DNA of 63,897 bases, counting the filler, from Trichomonas gallinae (lineage: Eukaryota): assembly GCA_008369845.1 (NCBI GenBank). It is 9 parts of 9 records of this genome, joined end to end, with 100 filler letters (N's around TTAATTAATTAA, not from the genome) between each part and the next. Parts side by side here need not be neighbours in the genome. Positions count along the whole stretch, not along the records: positions 1 to 11,899 come from MRSU01001180.1; 8 more parts are not named here. One strand, written 5' to 3'. Within the stretch, counting starts at the first letter, position 1; every line of letters begins with the position of its first letter. Positions 1 through 9,916 of the stretch are shown here, in pieces. The notes below the pieces were generated by a model. That model was not told where the DNA came from. It worked only from the letters and a program-made list of their open reading frames with translations, and made no database searches. The position numbers and the translations under genes were made by a program.

Positions 1-584
1 CAGAACAGCATGCATCACAATTCATCGACAAAAATCGGATTTTGGTTCAAATCTCGAATATCGATTTTCTTTCTTATAACATGTCATTGATGTGTGATAT
101 GCACTCACTGCATATAGCGCATTCCCTATGTTTGCGATAGTACATCTCTATGATATTTTTGTTGTTGAAAAAAATATTTCTTATTTTCATTTCATATTTT
201 ATATTTAAACTATTTTGTTTACATTAGATTGATTTTCAAAGTCTGAAAGCGATATATTGATAATATCATATTTGTTATGAAACATATTCAAAATCAGCAT
301 CATGCATTATAAATTATTATCATTTTCACTTATATAATATATATTTTCAAAATCAAAGCTTTAATACTCATGCTAAATTAGATATTTTTCTTATAATTAT
401 ACACGCATTAGATATAACAAATTAGAATTCCTGATTAAACGAAAAATTGTCGAAAACAAATCATGACGACAGCTAGCATATCAAATTCAAATTAACATTT
501 CATCAGCAAAAAAATTGATGTACATAATGTATATATAACTATTTCAGAATCAAGTAGAAATAAAGAAAGCAAGATTTATTGCAA

Positions 585-1037
585 TTATTCAATACTTGGC
601 ATTCCATCAATTGTGGTAAATTTTAACAATGATAGAGCAAATCCTTTAAAAACACGAAGATCATCTCCTTCTTCTTTATTATAATCTACATCAGAAGTAC
701 TTTCATCAATGAAATAGCTTTGATTAAGGATTTGATATTTTGAGATTTGTGGATATTCAAGTAAAATTTTTTATTTGTTGTTAATTAGAAATAAATTGGA
801 CCTGTTCTTAACATCACCAATGATGCTGAATAGATTTTCTTCATTGAAAAATTCGCCAAAACGCGAGTCATGGTGTAAAACTAGTAACCAGCTTCTATTA
901 TACTCATATTTTAGTCTGTACCCACCTAAAGTGAACGAATTATTGTAAGTTAAATTACTGTAGTTAGATACAGTAATACCCAATGTTATGTTATCATAAT
1001 ATTTTTTTGCATCATTATTCAACATCGACGCTGCCAA
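585..1037 (-). pseudogene. Pseudogene of a trichomonad family with a fibrinogen-C-like motif set
   Basis: ORF 771..1037 (WLLVLHHDS..GEFF) continues in frame past the TAA at 771-773 as KILLEYPQ...FKGFALS..TTIDG until a stop at 585-587. INNK*KILLEYP looks like a Tyr-to-stop change. Family resemblance is from memory. Confidence 0.5.
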
Positions 1038-1561
1038 TAAATTTGACTCATGTTAATATATAACAATATATACATCCTCAAGTATCTATAGCTATGATAT
1101 CTAAGCACTAGCGCTGTAGGATAATGGAATGAAAAATCCTAATGATATTTTTCAAAGAATGGATTTTTGCACCACTTTTCCCCATTATTCAATTTTGAGA
1201 GGAAAAATGTGGTGTAAAAGTGATAATTTGAGCATCTGACATGCTTCATTTGAATCATTATTTATTGTGTACACCACTAAAGTAATGTTTTTCGAAGTCT
1301 GCATGTGATTGTCGCCAGATATTGAATCTTTCACCAAAGTTTTATTTGTCTTCTCTGATGTAGTTATCTAAATTTAAGAGGCAATGCATGTTATATATAT
1401 AAGTGGTATACAATATAATTACTGGCTATTATGGAAAATTATAGGTAATGCCTAGATTATTCAACAATTATAATTATTGCAATAAATATGAATCAAATGT
1501 GCTGTAATATATCATCAAAATAATATTTAAAACAAATATAACAATTAAAACAATACATAAT

Positions 1562-3178
1562 TCACATATCAGGGTTCTTATCATATATCGAATACATCAA
1601 GCACTGGTTTGGTGAGACTAATCCAAGACGATTTGAATCTCCGAGAAGACGGAAAGATCCAAGTCCGTCAGCATTAGATATTCCTTGTCCTTTCGTGACA
1701 ATAGTAATATCACCTGTCTGTAAACTGAGAGAGATATCAATAGGGACGCCCATACCTGTATCTGCCTCGAAGACAGCGATGTTGCTCCTGATGTCCCATG
1801 TTCTGAGTCTTCTGTCTTCGCCTGCTGACGCGATGAAGAATTTTCCGTCACTCGAAATTGCTGTGACAGATCCAAGATGTCTGTCGAGCTCCATTGTAGG
1901 GAAACTCGTTCTCACATCCCATAAGCGAACAACATAATCAGCTGAGCCACTGAGAAAACAGTTATTATCAAGATATGCTAATGATGTTACTCCAGATTGG
2001 CATCCTATGAACCTGCGACTGATTTTTCCTGTCTCATCAAGTGATATTATTCCTGGTGATGACCTTGATGCGATAATTAAATTGTTCCCGGTGGATAACA
2101 AATTTGTTGTGCGCTTAAAAGGCGATGGAATGAACTTGGCATTAGTATCATCGTGAAGGAAAAAGTATATTTTGTCTTTGTTTGCCAAAAACAGGCCGTT
2201 TAAATGCATACATAGAGAAGATTCACGCATTTGTTGTCCATTTGTCTCTAATGTCCTCATTATTGATCCATCCACTGCAGATATCTGAGAAACATACTTA
2301 TTATAAGCCAAAAAGAATGATCTTGCTTCACGATTGTAGAAAATTGATGTAACTGGATAATTTGATTCAATCTGCAGTTTTTTATGTTCGTAATGAAGTA
2401 TATGAGTATCTTTTGTGTATTCTACAATAGCTGGAGCCGTTTCTGCCTTTGCAATTCCACATTCAATAAATCCGTATTCGATATTCTCGAAATAAGAAGG
2501 TCCTTTGTAGAACTCCTGTAGTTGTTGATACATATTTGGCGGCATATTGAACGAAGGATGAACCATTCCAAAATCTGAAGTTTGTACTAATGGTGCATTA
2601 GAATATGGAGAAAGTTGTTGTGGTAATGTTTGTATCGCACATATCTTTGGAATGGATGTTTGTGGGGCAATGTCTTCTACCCATTTTCGATCTTTAAATG
2701 CCTGAATGACTTTTGTTTGATTAGACTCTTTCATTCGTTGCTCATCTTCTGTAAGAAGATCTTGTGTATCTGTTGCGATGATTGCTAAATGATCAGTATG
2801 CGCAGAAGGAGAATTTGGAGATGCACAACGAGAAACAGGGCTTGACAGGATTTTAGCTGTAGATTTTGATGCCATTCTCTTTTTTGGCGGTATAGACTGC
2901 GGAGTGATCACTATATTTGATGCTGGTGCAATATTTAAATTATCGATAGAAGCAGCGCGAATTGGTCCCTTTCTGTTGTTATTAAACCATAGACGAACCT
3001 TTCTGTTATCCCAGCGTCTGTTATATTTGATTAGTTCTTGAACGCAGGATTGAACAATCTGTTGACGCTCTTCAGAACGCTCTGGGCTGTTGAAATACGC
3101 TTGAACAGTCGCGTCTAAGATGTTCTTTTCGATATCACCAGGAAAATACCTGGATTCTGATCCATCATCACTGATCAT
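1562..3178 (-). CDS. WD40-repeat protein with N-terminal homeodomain-like motif (538 aa)
   Basis: C-terminal WD repeats (FLSGSADYVVRLWDVR, HLGSVTAIS, ASAGEDRRLRTWDIR). N-terminal RKVRLWFNNNRK resembles homeodomain helix 3. Ser/Pro-rich linker with basic PKKR. Confidence 0.85.
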   Translation of the reverse strand: MISDDGSESRYFPGDIEKNILDATVQAYFNSPERSEERQQIVQSCVQELIKYNRRWDNRKVRLWFNNNRKGPIRAASIDNLNIAPASNIVITPQSIPPKKRMASKSTAKILSSPVSRCASPNSPSAHTDHLAIIATDTQDLLTEDEQRMKESNQTKVIQAFKDRKWVEDIAPQTSIPKICAIQTLPQQLSPYSNAPLVQTSDFGMVHPSFNMPPNMYQQLQEFYKGPSYFENIEYGFIECGIAKAETAPAIVEYTKDTHILHYEHKKLQIESNYPVTSIFYNREARSFFLAYNKYVSQISAVDGSIMRTLETNGQQMRESSLCMHLNGLFLANKDKIYFFLHDDTNAKFIPSPFKRTTNLLSTGNNLIIASRSSPGIISLDETGKISRRFIGCQSGVTSLAYLDNNCFLSGSADYVVRLWDVRTSFPTMELDRHLGSVTAISSDGKFFIASAGEDRRLRTWDIRSNIAVFEADTGMGVPIDISLSLQTGDITIVTKGQGISNADGLGSFRLLGDSNRLGLVSPNQCLMYSIYDKNPDM

Positions 3179-3220
3179 TGATAAAATTTTGACAAATATA
3201 TTTTATTGTCAAAAATCGTA

Positions 3221-3560
3221 TTTACATGACAAAATTTTGGTTTAATGGCAAAAAGATTTATATTTTACATGTCAAAATAATATATTGTTGGTAAATTTGC
3301 TCAGAATTTGAAATGATTTACATGGCATATTTTGTTTATTCTCAGAAATATCAGTAATTTACATGACAAGATATAACTTTATTGACAGATTTATTCAGAA
3401 TTTGAAATTATTTACACGGCAAAATATTATTATTTTACATGATAAAAGGTTATTTTATTGGCAATTTTTGTTCAGAATTTGTAATATTTTACACGACAGA
3501 TTTTGGATAATTGTCAAAAAAATTACTATTTTACATGACAAAAGATAACTTTACTGGCAA
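3221..3560. repeat. Degenerate ~95-bp tandem repeat with 8 TTTACAYGRCA-like motifs in a divergent promoter
   Basis: Motif starts at 3221, 3264, 3317, 3358, 3411, 3434, 3488, 3530 (spacings 43, 53, 41, 53, 23, 54, 42). TCAGAATTTG recurs before alternate copies. Confidence 0.8.
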
Positions 3561-3637
3561 ATTTGATTAAAATAATACAAACTTAACCTATTATTATAAG
3601 ACTGATGATGATTGCTTATTATATATGTGAATGAAAT

Positions 3638-3642
3638 TCATT
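3638..3642 (+). promoter_or_regulatory. Initiator (Inr)-like element TCATT
   Basis: TCATT just upstream of the ATG at 3653, matching the trichomonad Inr TCA(Y)(W). Similar sites at 37563, 46024 and 57945-57949 (minus strand). Confidence 0.6.
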
Positions 3643-3652
3643 TTTTTATAGG

Positions 3653-4843
3653 ATGTCTTTTTTTGGATTGCCTTCTTTTCCACTTTCAAGTATTCCAACT
3701 GCGCTGCCAACTATATCTTCAACACCTGCTAAACCAGCAGCACAAGTAGTTGAAACGTCTAAAACTCAAACTGTCTTTACATTAAATAATCTCAAAATTC
3801 AATTTTCGCCAAATGACAATCCCGATAACAGTAAACGCGACAAAGAAGGATCAGTAATATTTTTAGCGAATGGTCCATCAATAGAAATGACAATTAAAGG
3901 AGAAAAGCAAAACATTTCAATTAAAAAATCAAAAATTACATATGATGACACCACAACTACATTAACAACACCAAATGGATCCATAAAAATCTGGCAAACA
4001 GATCAAGCAATGCTAAATAAAGTTTTGGCATTTTATTATATCGTCAAGCATTCTAAAAAATCGAAATATCCACTCGCAGTTAAACCAGGAGTTGGATTCA
4101 ATATTGGAGAAAGAGACAAATTTACTGTCAAAGTTTCAAGATGGGTTTTCGAATATCCATCAAAGTTCGAAGAGCAAGAATCTCTTCAAGAATTTACTAA
4201 TGAAAATATCCCGGCCAATTACAAATCAATTATCCTAGGATCTACTGCTCAAAACAAAGTTGTTGCTTTGTCATCGAATGAATTCGTTCTTATTGACATT
4301 ATAACAGCCGAGCAGTTCATCAAGAGGATCAATGCAATAAATGTTGTCGACAGATTAGCAACTTTGGAAGATAATGCAGATTTGTTAATTGCACAAGCAG
4401 AAAAATACGTCAAACACGTCAGAATGCAGAAAGCTCTCGAAAAACTCAAGAAAAAGAGCCAAGAACTCGACAGAAAAATCAACGCGAACGCAATAGAACT
4501 TCTAGAACTCAAAAACGCGGCAGCTGAAGGCAAAGAGAAGCTCGACGAGGCCAAGCTGAAGCTAGATAGATGCACAGCAGACGAAAAGATCGATGAGGCC
4601 GCTGTTTCCAGAGAGAGAGCAGCAATGATAGCAACAATGAATGGAATAGACTTGAATGGCGACGAACTCGAATTAGAGATGTTATCTCAAGATGGAGCCA
4701 AACAGAGATTCGCTGAGTGTGTTTTGTCTGTATTCAAGGCCATGTGCGCGGATCTCGGCTCAAGTGGAGACTTTTCAGCAGATGCACTCAAGGAAAGACT
4801 TGACCAATCAACATCTTTGATCATGGAGTCGCTTCTAATCTAA
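3653..4843 (+). CDS. Coiled-coil protein, possibly FKBP15/WAFL-like (396 aa)
   Basis: Long ORF with upstream Inr. Beta-rich N-domain, a segment resembling a degenerate FKBP fold (VKPGVGFNIGERDKFTVKVSRW), a long coiled coil and a C-terminal helical motif. Confidence 0.7.
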   Translation: MSFFGLPSFPLSSIPTALPTISSTPAKPAAQVVETSKTQTVFTLNNLKIQFSPNDNPDNSKRDKEGSVIFLANGPSIEMTIKGEKQNISIKKSKITYDDTTTTLTTPNGSIKIWQTDQAMLNKVLAFYYIVKHSKKSKYPLAVKPGVGFNIGERDKFTVKVSRWVFEYPSKFEEQESLQEFTNENIPANYKSIILGSTAQNKVVALSSNEFVLIDIITAEQFIKRINAINVVDRLATLEDNADLLIAQAEKYVKHVRMQKALEKLKKKSQELDRKINANAIELLELKNAAAEGKEKLDEAKLKLDRCTADEKIDEAAVSRERAAMIATMNGIDLNGDELELEMLSQDGAKQRFAECVLSVFKAMCADLGSSGDFSADALKERLDQSTSLIMESLLI

Positions 4844-5415
4844 CTTTGATTGTTTTATATAACATATTGTTTATTTATTAGTATCATAATTAAAAACTTT
4901 GCTGTTTATAAAATATTATCTTTCAAAAAAAAACTCATTTGTTTAATTTAAAGCATTGGATTGATTTGTTATTAATGAGATAAGAATAATTACATGTGTT
5001 ATAATTGATAATTTCGATTAAAAAACAACCCACATAAAATATATTAACGAATATTTTCGAATTTGATAATCGAAAACATATTAATTCACTGAGAACTTAT
5101 AAATTATTTATTATAATCAAATTGAAAAAAGAAAAGAAATTTACAACATGTAAATAAATTTATTTGACATTTTTATTTACAAAACTGAAATAAGTGTCAT
5201 GTAATGCATAGAAAGTCAAAATTTTGTCATGTAAAATTTTTTAATTTGAGCCATTTCAATATTCTAAAAGTATTTCGGACTAAAAACAGCGAAAACAGGA
5301 CTAATGCATTGTTACCATTCCATAGCAAGAGAATGAGGCGAATTCTGTGCGAAACTCAGACATTGAATGAAAATTCACAAAAACAAACGATGGAAAAAAA
5401 AAATTCCAAAAAATT

Positions 5416-5661
5416 ATGGAGTACAACGCAAATCGCTCATCCTGTCATATTCTTACAGTCCGTAAGTACGAAATGAACGAGCTTGGTATGAAGCAGGAGA
5501 AAGCTCAGCTCGTTAACCCACATCACGCATCTCTCAAAGATTTCCAAATCAAAAAACATTCGATTGCGCATGCACACATCAAGCATGGTAAGTTAACACG
5601 CATCATTGCTCCCAAATCAGTTGAGGATGATTCATCAGCATCTGATTCTGGCTCGAATTAA
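5416..5661 (+). CDS. Small basic His/Lys-rich hypothetical protein (81 aa)
   Basis: ATG-initiated ORF, GC richer than its flanks, codon usage like expressed genes here (AAG, CAG, GCT, CTC), Ser/Asp tail. Confidence 0.55.
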   Translation: MEYNANRSSCHILTVRKYEMNELGMKQEKAQLVNPHHASLKDFQIKKHSIAHAHIKHGKLTRIIAPKSVEDDSSASDSGSN

Positions 5662-7464
5662 ATTATTCGAGTAGTTCATCGTAGGTTCTTTGTAATTGTA
5701 TGTTAATATTGTGCTATGCACTTAGTAGTGCATAGTACATTGTTGAATTTCTTTATAAAAATGTTGTTGGGAAAATATTATATAATTTTTTAACATATAT
5801 AACCAATATGTCTATAATCATAAAGTGAATGGAGTTTTATACTACTTGAAGTATTTGATAGTAATGCTATTCAAGCAATGATTCATGTAACTCACGAGAT
5901 AGAATTTGTATTTCGTGAGGAAGTTGAGATCTGCGAATTGTGATGAAGGTCTAAGTATTATGTAATGTACTGAGTCATATATCTCGAGGAATAATGAAAA
6001 GAAACTGATTATTTGAGGACGGCCAAAATGGTTAATAATGAGCTGTAGTTATTGTTTTGTGAATTTAACGGATTCAATGCTCTATCCAATCCATCAAGCA
6101 TAATATATGTGAGAATTAGCTCGCAAACGTGTTCTCATTTTTGGAATTTCGATTTAACAATAAAAAAACAAATGAATATTTTACGAAGTTTATCAAGAAA
6201 AAACAAATTTTAATGATTTTCTAAAAAATCAAAATCTGTAGAATAACTATACAATTGACAAGCTATCGAAATAAATCAAAATAATATACAAGCTCTCATT
6301 TTTTATTTTCAATTAAATTTTTTGTAAAAGTTGTAACTTTTCCAATTTGATATGTATAATATGAGGCCTAACTTACAAGAATTTCATTGTATCAAGGATT
6401 ATTTACGACAAATATCATTTTTGAAAATTGTAGAGAGCAATTAATCCATTTTGGAATAGCTGATTATAAATACTTAGGCTAAAGATAAGTTGTCTATAAC
6501 TCAGTCAATCGAAAAAGAATTAAATATGAACCGTCAACATTTTATTTGACTGTAAAGGTATGTATATGATACTAAAATATCAAGAAATTCTTATATAAAG
6601 TCGTTATGTGAGTACTCCTTGCGGCCAAAATTGATGATTAAAATTTCATTGATTTGAAAAACACGAATATTTATCTAATGTACAACATGTTTCGTACTAT
6701 ACCAATCGAATATTTAGATTTGATCTCATTATGATCTGATCTATATAAGTGCAACGCAAGTTTATACCAACCTTAATCCAAAAATGACTCTCAAATGCTT
6801 TCTTACGCATACTTTCTACTATTTTCGCATACAATATCATTACTTCATAGAGTTTGTTAATTAAAAGAAAAAATTATTTTTGAGGTAATAAAATTATTTC
6901 ACATTCGACATAAAGAGACCGCAGAACGTCAAAACTACTTAAACAGAATGTAATTATCGATCCTTTAACAAATTAGATATTATTTTTGAAAACTGTATAT
7001 TTTGATTTATTTTAATAATAAGTTAAAAATGTATGTGGGAACAATTATGTATATAAACTGTAACTTGGTAAAATATTCGAATAATTTAATTCTTCGTATT
7101 TTTGTTGTTATTTCATGATTTGGATTCAGTAATTCCATATACATGGCACAAATATATGATTGAAAATACTTGACTGAATGAAAAAACATAGTTGATTTTA
7201 TATCAAATGTATCGAAGCGCGAGTTTTAGATGTGTTTAGCATGCAATATATAATTAGCTGATGCAGTAATAATACTTCATGATTCACTTGAAACATATCG
7301 AAATCACTTGCCACATGGTCCACAAATCATCATTTTTTATGGCCAAGAAACAGTATTTATTATTTACGAAATTTTAATGGAAAACACATATTTACGATCT
7401 ATATATCACAAAAACACACATAAAAGGAAAGTTATTTTACTTCTTTTTTTTGTCAAGTAATAAA

Positions 7465-8169
7465 ATGAAAGTTCGCGCAACTTCACGTGCACATAAATCT
7501 TTGTCATCAGCCAGATCTAGAAATATCCAACAAGACAAAATGGTTGCAGCTTTCGACAAAACAATCAATGGTACTACTGATTATTCGAATATGGGAATTT
7601 CACAACTCAATGTAGTTGAAATTCCATCAGGAACATCGAATCTAATGCTTTGTCGCAATCCATTTAAGACTTTGGATGGACTTTCTAATACAAATAACCT
7701 TGTTTCACTTAATCTTGAAAATTCAGATTTCGAATCATTCAAAAATTGCCCATCATTCCCAAACTTGACGTCAATTAATGTTCTTGGCACTCCAATAATG
7801 AAAAATCCTGCATTTAAATCAGCAATAATTATTTTAATTCCAACAATACGCAAAATAAATGGAGACCTCGTTACGAGAGCCGAAAGAAAAATCGCAGAAA
7901 GCTTCAATATTAAAGTTCCTCTTTTATTAAGAAATGGATGGCAAATAACTCTTCATCCACCGAACGAAGCTGAAACATATCATATTCTTAATCGTCTCTT
8001 AGCTGTACAGAACAAACAAATCCAGGCTAGGAGAGCTGAAATCAAACATGAAAATATCAAAGTTGCTCCACCAAATTCTCGCTCGTTAAATGATAAGCTA
8101 AATAATACTATTGAGTCTAAAACTCAAGAACTTGAAGAACTTAAGAAACAACTTCAAGTTTTAGAATAA
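7465..8169 (+). CDS. Leucine-rich repeat protein with LRR cap and C-terminal coiled coil
   Basis: LxxLxLxxN repeats (LVSLNLENS, LTSINVLGTP) and LRRcap-like NPAFKSAIIILIPTIRKING. First ATG at 7465; the track start is a TTG. Confidence 0.8.
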   Translation: MKVRATSRAHKSLSSARSRNIQQDKMVAAFDKTINGTTDYSNMGISQLNVVEIPSGTSNLMLCRNPFKTLDGLSNTNNLVSLNLENSDFESFKNCPSFPNLTSINVLGTPIMKNPAFKSAIIILIPTIRKINGDLVTRAERKIAESFNIKVPLLLRNGWQITLHPPNEAETYHILNRLLAVQNKQIQARRAEIKHENIKVAPPNSRSLNDKLNNTIESKTQELEELKKQLQVLE

Positions 8170-9373
8170 TTTTTATCTTTTTTGTTTATTATTTTAGGTT
8201 TTACCAACAAGATTTTGTTTTACCTTGTATGTAAATACTTCTTCGTTTTGTATTAGTCCTTTTTTCAAGAATATATATTCCTAAACATAATTATTTTGCG
8301 TGAAGGAACCAATAATATATAAATTCCATCTCATTATCTGTTTATTCACAAAATTTAAGCGTGCTGAGCTTTAATATGTCAATTTATATTCCTCATTATG
8401 AATTATATCGTTTTCGCATGGCCAAACTTAAAAATATCCGCCGTTCGATCATATATTAACAGGATATACCAAGAACTAGAGACTATGCCGTCCGTCAATT
8501 TGGGAATTTCTAATTGTTTTTTTAGGAAAATGCTAAATATAGCAGATGGCTCCGTTCGCTTATGCAAAGGCGAATCAGCGACTCAAATGTATATACGGAT
8601 ATAAATTTAAGAGAAAGACATTCTACTTTAGATTTTAACCATGATTCTGCTAGGATTTTCATTGATAAACTTGTTGCCATTATAATTTTAACATAATGAA
8701 GTTATTTTTCGATGACATTTCAAAAGGTTTTAATTTTTCAATCCAGTTTGAAAAATTATTTATAAAATATCCGCCATTGGCAATAAATATCATTGTTTGT
8801 GCATTGAAAACATTTCTTTACATTTACAGTTATCAAATTTGTAATTTCCCGGTAACAGCAAATAATCATGACTTAATAAATATATATCCTTGTAAACAAG
8901 CTGTATATTAGATGGAATCAATTGTCAATTGACTGTAAATATGAGAAATTAGATCCTTGAAAAATTAATTCAATTGTCTAATGCAAAAATCACAGTATTA
9001 TTGGTTAGATCTCCTTGTATTATAGATTTATATAGCAGCCAGAATGGCAGATATTAAAATTCTGAAGGTCATCCAGTAATTGTTTCATTTCCTGATTAAA
9101 TATTAACAAAGGCAGTATCAAAATTCTTTTAAACATCTATAAATCAAACTAAATTTCGAGACAGAACCGATTTAATTTGCTTTATTTTCAACGATATTTT
9201 ATTAAATTTCCCTGATTGTCGATTAGATCAATTGTAAATAAAATATGATTATATTATGTGGAAGCAATTTATTAACAAAAATATATAAACAAAAGTCTGT
9301 ATAAAAGGATAATATCAGACATCAAAACGAAAAAGAGATAGAGCAAATCCGCAGCATTAATTCATTATATGAC

Positions 9374-9916
9374 TTATGGCACCATTAACTGGTAAATTGA
9401 AGGCAGGCGATTCACTGCATAAATGTTCTGATTAGGAATCATCTGTTGATTTGGTGGCTGGATATACATCTGCGGCATTATTTGTCCATAGTCTGGCATG
9501 AAATTCACCATGGAGATTGGGTTCGGCTGTTGGTGAATTATTGGCTGAGTTGCACGGCTGTTGTTTCTCTCAATGATCCTCTGCAAGCGACAGCAGTGTG
9601 TTCTTACGCAAGCAGCTGTTCTACCAGGGAAGTGTGATGAAATGAAGGCCCATTTGGTGCCATATTGCCTATATAAAGATAACAATAATTCCTCATCATC
9701 AGGCGTCCATTCTGCGAGATTAGCGTTAGGTGATAAGTAATGGTTCCAGCGATCTCTGCACTGTCTCGATGTTCTACCTTTCAAGTATTTAGCGACGTTT
9801 GGCCAGGAGCTTGTTCCAATCTGATCAACAATCTCCCTTAGCTTGTCGTCCTCTTCTGGAGTGAACTTGATGTGGCAGCTCTTCTCATGATTCTTCTTCG
9901 ATGCTGTTGATTCCAT
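9374..9916 (-). CDS. R2R3 Myb transcription factor (180 aa)
   Basis: KFTPEEDDKL..W..VA...GRTSRQCRDRWNHYL and WTPDDEELL...YGTKWAFIS..FPGRT repeats; Q/P-rich tail. Confidence 0.95.
   Translation of the reverse strand: MESTASKKNHEKSCHIKFTPEEDDKLREIVDQIGTSSWPNVAKYLKGRTSRQCRDRWNHYLSPNANLAEWTPDDEELLLSLYRQYGTKWAFISSHFPGRTAACVRTHCCRLQRIIERNNSRATQPIIHQQPNPISMVNFMPDYGQIMPQMYIQPPNQQMIPNQNIYAVNRLPSIYQLMVP

Noticed and set aside
3363..3548. 61-aa ORF with internal repeat
   Set aside because: A translation by-product of the promoter repeat.
3221..3560. CRISPR-like repeat-spacer array
   Set aside because: Spacers are related to each other in alternation, repeats are short and degenerate, there are no cas genes, and the context is eukaryotic.
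5204..5476. 90-aa ORF overlapping the 5416 gene
   Set aside because: Spans AT-rich promoter-like DNA with A-runs; the overlapping 81-aa frame has better codon usage.
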